Made by a program: the position numbers and the translations under genes. DNA of 64,000 nucleotides from Blastocatellia bacterium (GTDB lineage Bacteria; Acidobacteriota; Blastocatellia; RBC074), in assembly GCA_046331525.1 (NCBI GenBank), contig JAXLQQ010000026.1, forward strand, positions 330 through 64,329, in the 5' to 3' direction. The notes under the pieces are model-generated. The model did not search any database, was not told where the DNA came from, and saw only the letters and a program-made list of their open reading frames with translations. Below, one piece after another: positions 31,017-39,958 of this stretch (positions are counted from its first letter, which is position 1; every line of letters begins with the position of its first letter).

Positions 31017-31934
31017 TTAAACTAAATCCGCAAATTCGCGCTCCAGATGCTTGAAGTATTTATAGGACGCGAGCAGGAGCAAAATGGAAATTCCTGCCGC
31101 AATGCCGACGAATTTCAGATCGGGCGTCAGCCCTTGCACAACACATTTACGATAGCTGTCAATAATGACGGCCATCGGATTCAGCGTCATATACGCCGTG
31201 TAGAGCGTTTCGCTTTTGTCTTTGACCTTCGACGCGGAATAGAGAATCGGCGTCGCAAACATCCAGACCTGAATCACCAGCGGCATCGCATAACGCACGT
31301 CGCGGTACAAAACCGTGAACGCGGACAGAAAGAAGCTGACGCCAATCGTGAAAAACAACTGAATCGTCATCACGGGAATCACCCAGAAGACATTCCAATT
31401 CAGCGTGACCTGATCGTGATAAAAAACGAGTAGGCCGATGAAAATGATGGCGGCAATCAGGAAGTCTACAAACGCGGCCAGCACGCACGAGAGCGGCACG
31501 ATTTCGCGCGGAAAGTAAATCTTAGTGATGACGTAGGAGTTCGTGATTAAGCTCGGAATTGCAAAGGAAAGCGCCGTCGAAAAAAACGTCCACGCGAGCA
31601 GTCCCGTGTACGAGAACAGCGCGTAGGGCATTCCCGTATCGCCCTTCATTCCGGCGAAGTACGAAAAGAAAATCCCAAACACCAGCATCAGCGAAAGCGG
31701 TTGCAGCACGGCCCAGACGGCTCCGAGCGCGGTTTGCTTGTAGCGGATTTTCAATTCGCGCTGCGTCGTGAGTTGCAACAATTCCCAGTGATGCGTCAAT
31801 TCCTTTAAATGCGCGATGATGCTATCGCTCCACTCGACGGCGTTGCGCAATTCCGGTTCGGGATTTTCGGCGGGCGGTGGTGCGGTGCGCAGGGGTTCGG
31901 AAGGCAGTTCTTTTTCAATTGCTGTCGCTGACAT
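31017..31934 (-). CDS. ABC-2-type polysaccharide exporter permease (Wzm type)
   Basis: 305 aa with six hydrophobic segments, the ABC-2 pattern ([18 protein letters not shown]), and adjacency to wzt. Confidence 0.8.
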   Translation of the reverse strand: MSATAIEKELPSEPLRTAPPPAENPEPELRNAVEWSDSIIAHLKELTHHWELLQLTTQRELKIRYKQTALGAVWAVLQPLSLMLVFGIFFSYFAGMKGDTGMPYALFSYTGLLAWTFFSTALSFAIPSLITNSYVITKIYFPREIVPLSCVLAAFVDFLIAAIIFIGLLVFYHDQVTLNWNVFWVIPVMTIQLFFTIGVSFFLSAFTVLYRDVRYAMPLVIQVWMFATPILYSASKVKDKSETLYTAYMTLNPMAVIIDSYRKCVVQGLTPDLKFVGIAAGISILLLLASYKYFKHLEREFADLV

Positions 31935-31986
31935 GACTACTTGTTTGGCTCCTGTTCAGAAGTGCGGGAACAAAGGGGGCAATCAA

Positions 31987-33300
31987 TTAAATCTCAGTGT
32001 GACGTTCTGACGGCTGGCTTTCCTGCCAGGTCTGTCGTTCTTGCGTCGCGGCGGCGGGGGCTTCGATGCCTTTCAGCAGTTTAGCACCTTTTGCCGACAA
32101 CACGCGCTGATAAATATCGGCGTAGCGCAGGGCAATATTCGCCCAGTCGCGTTGTCTGATGATTTGAGCGCGCGCACGCTTGCCGATGGCGCGGCGCTCC
32201 TCCGGGTTTCTGACCAGATGTGAAATCGTCGCGCCGAGCGTCACTTTGTCATCGGTTTCCACGACAAAGCCGGTTTTGTTGTGGCGAATCAATTCCGCCA
32301 TCCCGCCGACATTGCTGCCGATGACGGCGCGTTCCATTGACATCGCTTCCAGCGGGCGAATCGAAGTCGTCAGTTCGGTCATGCGCGTGCTTAGACGCGG
32401 GTAAACGCAGATGTCAATGACCGAGTAATAGCGCAAAATCTCTTCCTGTTCGATGCGTCCGGTGAAAATAAAATGGTCGCTCCATTCACGCGGAACGCGC
32501 GTGCGCAGGTAGGCCTCCACCTCGCCCGTACCTGCAAGAATCAACTTAATGTCGCGCCGTTCGCGCAGCAGGTAATGCATCACGGTCATCAGCCGTTCCA
32601 AGCCTTCGTACTTATAAAACGAACCGATGAAACCAATGACCGTTTTGCCTTCGAGTTGATGCCGTTCGATTAAATCAGGATCAGGCGGGCGTGGATGAAA
32701 GACGCGCGTGTCTATGCCTTCAGGAACTTCCAACAGCTTGCGCGAACTGAAGCCGCGCGCCAGCAGTTCTTTCTGCATCGAAGTGGAAGTTGTGATGGCC
32801 AAATCCGCTTGCCTGAGCGTGCGTTCTTCGAGCCAGCGCGCAAATTTGTAGCGCAGCGAGTAATACGTGGTTTGCCCGCTGTCCACCGCTGCGTCCTGTT
32901 CGTAATAGCGCAGCTCATACAGCCAGGGCTTTCTCAACTTCTTGGCCGCACGCCGCGCGGCTAAACCATTTACGGCAGGCGAATGTGCGTGAATCAAATC
33001 AGCCTCGCATTCCTGCGCGACGTGGATGATGCGTTTGGTTAAGGCGGCGATGTAGGCTTCGTGACGTAAGGCGGGAATAAAGCGCGGTTGCGGCAGGTAG
33101 TGAAAATCTGGCCAGCGGGAGCGGTGATGCTGCACACCCTGCAACAATTCACAGCCTTCGTCCTCGCTCTCGTGACTCGGCGCGGTCAGCACAACGGGCA
33201 CGATGCCCATCTGACGCTGCTGCGAAATCAGGTAAAGACTTCGGAAGCTGTAGGCGCTCAAGTAAGGTAGTGAATGGTCAAGAACGTGAAGGACTTTCAT
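31987..33300 (-). CDS. Family-4 glycosyltransferase of the PEP-CTERM/exosortase-A-associated type
   Basis: MKVLHVLDHSLPYLSAYSFRS... matches the N-terminus of the exosortase-A-associated GT4 family as I recall it. The C-terminal GT1/GT4 motif is E..SMERAVIGSNVGGMAELI. The ATG at 33300 is preferred. Confidence 0.7.
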   Translation of the reverse strand: MKVLHVLDHSLPYLSAYSFRSLYLISQQRQMGIVPVVLTAPSHESEDEGCELLQGVQHHRSRWPDFHYLPQPRFIPALRHEAYIAALTKRIIHVAQECEADLIHAHSPAVNGLAARRAAKKLRKPWLYELRYYEQDAAVDSGQTTYYSLRYKFARWLEERTLRQADLAITTSTSMQKELLARGFSSRKLLEVPEGIDTRVFHPRPPDPDLIERHQLEGKTVIGFIGSFYKYEGLERLMTVMHYLLRERRDIKLILAGTGEVEAYLRTRVPREWSDHFIFTGRIEQEEILRYYSVIDICVYPRLSTRMTELTTSIRPLEAMSMERAVIGSNVGGMAELIRHNKTGFVVETDDKVTLGATISHLVRNPEERRAIGKRARAQIIRQRDWANIALRYADIYQRVLSAKGAKLLKGIEAPAAATQERQTWQESQPSERHTEI

Positions 33301-33336
33301 TGCCTGCATCAACTCTCTTCCAACAACGGCATCGGG

Positions 33337-34413
33337 TCAGGGCAGATTTTTTACGATGATCGGCCCGACCATTTTCGTTACGCTCAACGGTAATTGTTTC
33401 CAGACTTTAATCATCAACTCAAACTTCGGATTTGTCGGGTTCAGATTCGGCATTTCCTGCGCACGTACCAGATAAAAGTGATACGGCAACGGCGTTGCTT
33501 CCATCCCCCAACCGCGCTTAAATTCATACGCGCCCGTGCCAGTTTTGCTGCGCCCAAAATCGAAGCGCGTGTAACCGCGTGCAGCAGCCGAGCGCATCAA
33601 TTCCCAGTACATAAAATTGTTGATGCCCGCGCGATAAAAATCGGCGTAAGCGCCCGCGTAATACGGCATCACCGTGTCGCGAAAATAAAAGCTGAACACG
33701 CTGCCCGCGACCTTGCCTTCGTGGCGAATCATCAGAATGTCGCTCGCCTGCGGGAACTCGCGCAGGAACTCCGCAAACAATCGTTTCGGAAAGACGGGCG
33801 TGCCGAGATTGCGCAGGCTGGTGGCATAAACTTCGTAAAATTCATCCAGCAGATTTTCGCGTCCCAGTTCGGCGACAAGGCCATTTTTCGCGCCTTTGCG
33901 AATCATCGTGCGAATGTCACGCGGAAAGGTTTTCATCAGCGCGTCTTCGTCGGTCGTAATCGGATGCGCGAAGGTGAAATACAAATCTTTGCGCTGCAAT
34001 TCGCGGTCAACGCTCGCTTCGCGCGTGTCGCGCATTTCCAGATAGTCCACTTGCAACCGCTTGGCTAATTGCTTGGCCTCGGCGAGCAAGGCTTGTCGGG
34101 CTTCTTCTGTCGCGGCGACAACCCCGCCATAGACGGCGTTGGGCGACGAAACGAGCAGAGAATCGAACAAGCGGCTTTTGACGTGAAAGAGCGGTAACAC
34201 GCCTTGCACTTCGCCGTTGCTTTCGGCCAGCAGGTGATACGGTTTGTGCTGCCAGACGCGCTCAATCACGCGCCCCCAGCCACTCCAATGACAAAAAGTC
34301 GCTGCCGGAAAATGCTGGACGAAGGCATCCCATTTTTGCGCGTCTTGCGGTTGATAGGCGCGTACTTGCACGGACGCGGTTGGTTTCGATTGCAACGTTG
34401 CTGTGTTCCCCAT
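33337..34413 (-). CDS. FemAB-family (GNAT-fold) protein of the PEP-CTERM-system-associated type
   Basis: WDAFV...ATFCHWSGWGRVIE...LPLFHVKSRLFD...YEFKRGWG is the typical FemAB/PEP-CTERM pattern. The ATG at 34413 lies 8 nt after the deacetylase stop. Confidence 0.75.
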   Translation of the reverse strand: MGNTATLQSKPTASVQVRAYQPQDAQKWDAFVQHFPAATFCHWSGWGRVIERVWQHKPYHLLAESNGEVQGVLPLFHVKSRLFDSLLVSSPNAVYGGVVAATEEARQALLAEAKQLAKRLQVDYLEMRDTREASVDRELQRKDLYFTFAHPITTDEDALMKTFPRDIRTMIRKGAKNGLVAELGRENLLDEFYEVYATSLRNLGTPVFPKRLFAEFLREFPQASDILMIRHEGKVAGSVFSFYFRDTVMPYYAGAYADFYRAGINNFMYWELMRSAAARGYTRFDFGRSKTGTGAYEFKRGWGMEATPLPYHFYLVRAQEMPNLNPTNPKFELMIKVWKQLPLSVTKMVGPIIVKNLP

Positions 34414-34420
34414 GCAAAAT

Positions 34421-35455
34421 TCAATGATTGGCCGCCAACACCCATTCCTGTGTTTGCAATCCGAAATTACGCTCGGCGAGCACTTGCCTGACGGGCGCAA
34501 AAGAGAAATCCGTCAGCAATCGTGCCAGCTTGGCTTGGGTTGTTTTGAGATTGACGCGATGACGCCAGATGTTGAGCCGCTTGCCCGGCACGATGGGTTG
34601 CGCCGGGTCTACTTCCCAGGGATGCAAAAAGAAAATCGCAGCCTCAGCTTCGCGGCGGTTGATGAGGTGCCAGCCGCGCCGAAACAGCGAGTATGGATAC
34701 AGGCGAAAATAGCCGCCGCCAGAAATCGGAAAATTCATCCCACCGAGCCGCACCGTTGAAGGCGGAAACTCAATGATCTCTCCGCCGTCGCGGCGCAGGA
34801 TGTGCGGAAAGCGTTCCGCATCGGGCATGCCATAACGGTCGTGATGCACAGGGAAAATTGAAGAGTCGTAGCTAAAGCCTTCTTCAATCAAAATATCCAG
34901 CGCCCACAAACTTTGCGCCGTGATCGAGTAACTCGGCGCGCGATAACCAACGACCACTGCGCCCGTCAAATCTTCCAGGCGTTGTTTCGCGCTGCGCAAA
35001 TCCTGCCGAAACTCTTCAGGTGTTTGGGTGTACACCAACTGGTGATAATAACTGTGACACGCGATTTCGTGTCCTGCTGCTGCGATTTCGCGCACAAGTT
35101 CAGGGTGCTTTTCGGCGACGTAACCGAGAATGAAAAATGTGCCGCGCACTTGCTGTTCGGCAAACAGCGCAAGGATGGTTTGCGTGTTGCGCACGACGCG
35201 CGATTCCCACTGCGGCCAATCGGCGCGCCGCACAACATCCGTGAAAGCTTCGACTTGATAGTAATCCTCAACATCAACTGTGAGGGCGTTGAGAGGAAGT
35301 TGCGATGTTGGCTTGGTAGGGGGTATTGCCGAATTCGGTTGTAAGCGTTCGTTTTTCAATGCGTTTTTCCTGCTAGCCAATCCGTCACCTGCCTTTCTGC
35401 TAGAAAGGTTTGTGAGGAGGACAAGGAAACTTTCTACTTTCTGCAAACCGCTCAT
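34421..35455 (-). CDS. Polysaccharide deacetylase (NodB family), PEP-CTERM-locus type
   Basis: LNALTVDVEDYYQVEAF...RGTFFILGYVAEKHPELVREIAAAGHEIACHSYYH are NodB motifs. The start is uncertain; the track ORF extends to 35647, and I chose the ATG at 35455. Confidence 0.75.
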   Translation of the reverse strand: MSGLQKVESFLVLLTNLSSRKAGDGLASRKNALKNERLQPNSAIPPTKPTSQLPLNALTVDVEDYYQVEAFTDVVRRADWPQWESRVVRNTQTILALFAEQQVRGTFFILGYVAEKHPELVREIAAAGHEIACHSYYHQLVYTQTPEEFRQDLRSAKQRLEDLTGAVVVGYRAPSYSITAQSLWALDILIEEGFSYDSSIFPVHHDRYGMPDAERFPHILRRDGGEIIEFPPSTVRLGGMNFPISGGGYFRLYPYSLFRRGWHLINRREAEAAIFFLHPWEVDPAQPIVPGKRLNIWRHRVNLKTTQAKLARLLTDFSFAPVRQVLAERNFGLQTQEWVLAANH

Positions 35456-35659
35456 TGAGCAAGGTTTAAGGATATTAGAAACGAGGCCGTTAAAGCCTCC
35501 GCATAATAGCCTCATCCTCAGAAATAAGACAAGGGGAATTTGATTGCATCTTTGTGACAAAGCCGTCTCTGTCTTCGGCACCAATTGGGGAGGAACGGAA
35601 AAAGCAAGAAGGGAACGGTTGCAGAACCGCCCCCTTTGCCCAATCACTGACGTTGTCGG

Positions 35660-36865
35660 TCAAACTACCGGAATCACTTCCATGGTGGAAAGCGACGCAT
35701 AATCGAACCGGGGCCAAGCGGCTTTCGCGCGTGGTTGCTGCGGCTGCCAGCGCGGTTCTTCGATGCGAGCCAACTGGCGTTTCAATTGACTGGAAAGTTC
35801 TTCGGCGAAATGGCTCATCTGTTCAGGTGAGAAATCCGCCTTCAGCAGTTTCTGCATTTCCTGTTCCATCTTGCGGCGGTACTCGCTCACGGAGGAATCC
35901 GACATGCCGAGTTTGGCAGCAATCAAAAGCTGCGAAGGTTCTTCGGGATCAAAATAGTAATGCCACAAAATCTGCCAGAGCTTTCGCGTCCGCGCTTCCT
36001 GAAAACGGGTCAACCGATCCAGCCGCGCGAGAAAATCATGCGCAGCACGACGCGCCAGCAATTCCTGCTCGCGGCGCAAATTGATTTCTTCCGGGCAGGC
36101 GGCGGTGGAGAGCAGTAATTTGTCCCAGCCGCGATGGTGTTCTTCCTGTTCGGTGACTTGTTCGATGGAGGAAACGACGGCGTCATAAACGGGCAGCTTC
36201 GAGAGCGCGAGCGTGCGCAACACTCGCAATGAAGCGGGCGAGTCAATCGCTTGAAAAATTTCCACCAGCAATTCGCTGAGTTCCTGATTCGTGACGATGA
36301 CTTGCGCTTCGCCTTTGCAACCAACGCGCCGACGATTGCGTGTGCGCATTGGCACATTAGCAACCAAGGATTCAAACGTCCCGCTGTCGTGAATGGATTT
36401 ATCAGACTGCCACTCCCGCAGCCCGTAGACCACGTTCACAGCTTGGCGATAGCGCGCGGGCTGATGAGCTTCCGGCTGTCGCATTACGCGAAAGCACGAA
36501 TCCGATTCCAGCACCTGACTGATGCGACGCACGAGACGATAATTTTCCGGCTGGCGACGACGCAGGCGTCCGATGAGCATGTTAGTCAATTCCACCTGAA
36601 AGATTTCGCGCTCAATTTCCGCATCGCTCATCTGACCTTGCACATAATGTTTGAAGCGGGATTTTTCCAGCAACAGCAAATATAAATCTTGTGTGAGGTC
36701 TGGCAGGGAAATGGGTGCGCTGGAATTTCTCGGATTATGTTGATTGCGTTGCGCGGAACGAACGAGTGGATGAATCGAAACTAAGCGGTGTAGCGATTGC
36801 CACAGCAACGTTGCGTCATTACTTTCTACCAGCGATTTCCAGGACTTGTGAGATACAGCTTTCAT
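35660..36865 (-). CDS. Atypical sigma-70/ECF-like regulator with large internal insertion
   Basis: A region-2-like segment (LTQDLYLLLLEKSRFKHY...EIFQVELTNMLIGRLRRRQ) and a region-4-like HTH (LWQILWHYYFDPEEPSQLLIAAKLGMSDSSVSEYRRKMEQEMQKLL) are separated by about 190 aa. The assignment rests on motif resemblance only. Confidence 0.4.
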   Translation of the reverse strand: MKAVSHKSWKSLVESNDATLLWQSLHRLVSIHPLVRSAQRNQHNPRNSSAPISLPDLTQDLYLLLLEKSRFKHYVQGQMSDAEIEREIFQVELTNMLIGRLRRRQPENYRLVRRISQVLESDSCFRVMRQPEAHQPARYRQAVNVVYGLREWQSDKSIHDSGTFESLVANVPMRTRNRRRVGCKGEAQVIVTNQELSELLVEIFQAIDSPASLRVLRTLALSKLPVYDAVVSSIEQVTEQEEHHRGWDKLLLSTAACPEEINLRREQELLARRAAHDFLARLDRLTRFQEARTRKLWQILWHYYFDPEEPSQLLIAAKLGMSDSSVSEYRRKMEQEMQKLLKADFSPEQMSHFAEELSSQLKRQLARIEEPRWQPQQPRAKAAWPRFDYASLSTMEVIPVV

Positions 36866-37426
36866 TACAAAAATCCGTGAGGTTGTAGGCCATGAATGGG
36901 GCGTAGGCCAAGGTCGTTCATGGAAAAACAAGAGTGTTTTTACAACTCCCTGGTGTTGATGACGGGCAGTGACGTGGGGTGCCTTACACGCAGACTTCTG
37001 CGCTTATCATCAGCACTCAAACATATTGATTTTGTACAGCAGGATTCTCGTTTGCCGGATTGAGAGTCCACACACCAACATTAACCAACTTCCTTGCGGA
37101 AGGGAGATACAAAGGCAAAGCGACTGCGAGTTAACCGGAAGCTTGGTTAAGAGGAGTCTTCACTTCCAGTCCAGTGAGAGAGAGCAGAGGCTAAACCCAG
37201 GTTGGTAAAAGAAGGAAAGCGAGCTTTTCTCCAAATTACCTATTCACCTGTACTCAAAAAACTTGCGCCGAGTCGCGCATGTGTCTAACGCCGCGTGGTG
37301 AGGCGCATGGTTAGCTTTAACTGAAAAAACTTGATTAACTCAATGGCGGGCATTATAGCCAGAAGGGGGGATGGTAGCTAGCTTTTTTTAATCTTCTTGC
37401 ACAAATTTTTCGCCGCCTTTGCCCAA
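36866..37426 (-). promoter_or_regulatory. ORF-free ~560-nt leader/promoter region upstream of the sigma-like gene, containing a long-range stem
   Basis: There is no convincing ORF on either strand. TTAACCAACTTCC (37081-37093) pairs with GGAAGCTTGGTTAA (37137-37150), and a local hairpin sits at 37089-37102. Confidence 0.3.
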
Positions 37427-37475
37427 AGTAACAAGCCGCACGAAGGCGCGTGCGGCTTGTTACTTTTTCGTCTTT
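37427..37475. terminator. Bidirectional rho-independent-type terminator
   Basis: AGTAACAAGCCGCACG (37427-37442), a 6-nt loop, then CGTGCGGCTTGTTACT (37449-37464), followed by TTTTCGTCTTTT. It lies just downstream of the glgP stop on the other strand. Confidence 0.75.
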
Positions 37476-37491
37476 TGCCAGCGTGCGCAGT

Positions 37492-39633
37492 TTATTTCCG
37501 CGCCGCTTTCATCGCCGGAATATACATTCGCTCCGTGTATTCCTTCACCATTCGCCGCGCGCTGAAGGCTGGTGCACCCTGTCGAATGGCTTCTTTCATC
37601 ACTTGTACCCAACCACGCGGAATGCCATCGGAATCACGATCATAAAACAACGGCACAACCTCTCGTTCAAGCGTGCTGTAAAGCGATTCTACGTCTGCGT
37701 TGTCGCGTTCTTCCTCGCTCATCTCAGCCATCGGATCAGCACCAATCACCCAACCATTGGTGCCGTGATAGCCCTCAAACCACCAGCCATCGAGTACGCT
37801 CAAATTCGGAACGCCGTTCAGCGCCGCTTTCATTCCGCTTGTGCCACTGGCTTCGAGCGGCGGGCGCGGATTGTTCATCCACACATCTACGCCGTGATAA
37901 AGATGCTTGGCGAGCAGGATGTCGTAATCTTCGACAAAGGCGATGTGACCGCCGATGTGATGGTCGCGGGCAATTTCATAAATGCTGTGAATCAAATTGC
38001 GACCGGGGGCATCGTCAGGATGTGCTTTGCCCGCGAAGACGATTTGCACCGGACGCCACGAGTCTTGCAGGATTTTCTTTAATCGTTCCATCTCGCGGAA
38101 GATCAGCAGCGCACGCTTGTACGTGGCAAAGCGCCGCGCAAACCCAATTGTCAAAGCTTCGGGATTGAAGAACGTGCCGGACGCGAGCGCGTGCGTTGCG
38201 CCCGTACCTTCAGTGATCCACCGCTTGCGCGCTCGCTCGCGCATGAAGCTCATCAGTTTGGCTTTCAAACGGCGATGCGTATGCCATAGTTCTTCATCCG
38301 GGAGTTCTTCCATTCGCTCCCAAAACTTCGGATCGTCGTGCTTGCGCAGCCAGTCCTGACCGAGATTTTTGGAATACAGTCGACCTAGTTCAGGCGCAAG
38401 CCAGGTCGGTACATGAACGCCGTTTGTGACAGATGTAATCGGCACTTCCTGTTCTGTTTTGTCCGACCACATCGGATGCCACATTTTACGCGAGACTTCA
38501 CCATTGACTTTGCTAACACCGTTGTACTGCCCCGACAGCCGCAGCGCCAGTGCCGTCATATTGAAATTCGTGCCGCCGCCGAAGTGGTCATTATAGGCAC
38601 CGAGCGAAAGGAACTTCTCGCGGCCAATACCCAATTGATCCCAATAACCCGCGAAGTGTTTTTCAATGAGACTGAATTGAAAAGTGTCGTGACCTGCTGG
38701 TACGGGCGTGTGCGTAGTGAAGATGCTGGTTGCTCTTATCTTCTCCACCGCTTCATCAAAGGTTTCGCCTGCGGCAACGAACTCTCGAATGCGTTCGAGC
38801 AACAAGAACGCCGCGTGTCCTTCGTTCGCGTGATACACCGCTGGATCGAGATTGAGTGCTCGCAGCATTCGCACGCCACCAATGCCAAGCAACATTTCCT
38901 GCATCAGGCGTGTTTCCCGATTGCCACCGTACAATCGTGCGGACAGTTCACGATCCCAGGGTTGATTTTCTTCCACGTCCGCATTCATCAGCACGAGCGA
39001 ACCGGAACCCAACCGCACACGCCAGACAGCCACATAAATGTCGCGCCCGCCGAGATGAAATTTCAGCGGCCCCGTCGTGTCTTTTGTGAAGACAGGTTCG
39101 AGCGGCGACATCGAATAATCAAGCTGCAGGTAATGCGCTTCCTGCTGCCCCGCCGCCGAAATTTTTTGGGTGAAGTAGCCTTCAGGATAAACAAACCCTA
39201 CGCCAACGAACGGCAAGCCCAAATCGCTCGCTTCCTTGCTGTGATCGCCTGCGAGAATGCCCAAGCCGCCGGAATAAATCGGCAGCGAATTGTGGACGCC
39301 GAACTCCGCCGAGAAGTAGGCAATCGTGTTGTTTTTCAAATGGGGATACTGCTGCGGAAACCAATCGCCTGCGCTCGAAAGTGCATAATCAAAAGCGAGC
39401 ATCACGCCGTCGTAGCGGCGCAAAAAGGCGGGATCGGCGGCGGCAGATTCCAGCTTGGTCGGCGCAATTTGCCGGAGCAGTTTCACCGGATTGTTTTGCG
39501 TCATTTCCCACAACGTCTTGTCCAGATATTGAAAAAGTGCGCTCGCGTCCGGGTTCCAACTCCACCACACGTTATACGCCAATTCTCCCAAACGCCCGAT
39601 CCGTGCGGGCAAATTAAAATTGTGCTGATTCAT
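37492..39633 (-). CDS. glgP: Alpha-glucan (glycogen/maltodextrin) phosphorylase
   Basis: 713 aa. The N-terminus LAYNVWWSWNP and the segments SGGLGILAGDH, ASGTSGMKAALNG (PLP-Lys region) and VFAGKAHPDD are typical of the alpha-glucan phosphorylase family. Confidence 0.92.
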   Translation of the reverse strand: MNQHNFNLPARIGRLGELAYNVWWSWNPDASALFQYLDKTLWEMTQNNPVKLLRQIAPTKLESAAADPAFLRRYDGVMLAFDYALSSAGDWFPQQYPHLKNNTIAYFSAEFGVHNSLPIYSGGLGILAGDHSKEASDLGLPFVGVGFVYPEGYFTQKISAAGQQEAHYLQLDYSMSPLEPVFTKDTTGPLKFHLGGRDIYVAVWRVRLGSGSLVLMNADVEENQPWDRELSARLYGGNRETRLMQEMLLGIGGVRMLRALNLDPAVYHANEGHAAFLLLERIREFVAAGETFDEAVEKIRATSIFTTHTPVPAGHDTFQFSLIEKHFAGYWDQLGIGREKFLSLGAYNDHFGGGTNFNMTALALRLSGQYNGVSKVNGEVSRKMWHPMWSDKTEQEVPITSVTNGVHVPTWLAPELGRLYSKNLGQDWLRKHDDPKFWERMEELPDEELWHTHRRLKAKLMSFMRERARKRWITEGTGATHALASGTFFNPEALTIGFARRFATYKRALLIFREMERLKKILQDSWRPVQIVFAGKAHPDDAPGRNLIHSIYEIARDHHIGGHIAFVEDYDILLAKHLYHGVDVWMNNPRPPLEASGTSGMKAALNGVPNLSVLDGWWFEGYHGTNGWVIGADPMAEMSEEERDNADVESLYSTLEREVVPLFYDRDSDGIPRGWVQVMKEAIRQGAPAFSARRMVKEYTERMYIPAMKAARK

Positions 39634-39958
39634 AGCCTGATTGCGTCTCCCCTGGATTGATTTTTCCGTGAGGGGCTATAGTTGATGTGTCAATCGGTCG
39701 TCAATGAGTCGGAGACTGTACCGAACGACCCGCACCCCGTCAACCCTAACTTTTCACTCATACCGACAGCCGCCGCTTTGTTTCAGTATGCAATTTCTTT
39801 GCTAGCCGCTTGATTCTTCACCGTTTGCCCGCTGTCAGCCTCAATTAAATTTGCTACCAGCAATTTCCGCATTTGTTGTACACTCACCCACTCTAGACTA
39901 CTACAGGCGTACCGTTAAGGCTGGAAAAAACTCTACCCCTAAGCGAGACACATTACGC

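Noticed and set aside
36932-37426. A structured RNA gene (tRNA, tmRNA, RNase P, SRP, 6S) in the long non-coding stretch
   Set aside because: I could find none of the hallmark sequences: no T-loop GGTTCGAATCC-type motif, no RNase P GAGGAAAGTCC, and no tmRNA tag ORF or CCA end. Only a generic long-range stem is present.
38413-39660. A 415-codon plus-strand ORF antisense to glgP. Similar long antisense ORFs occur at 43488..44240, 10546..11262, 17137..17832, 33394..34068, 49560..50228, 4559..5242 and 59172..59750.
   Set aside because: All lie opposite strongly supported genes. They have Arg/His/Ala-rich compositions typical of reverse-frame translation in GC-rich DNA and show no family motifs.
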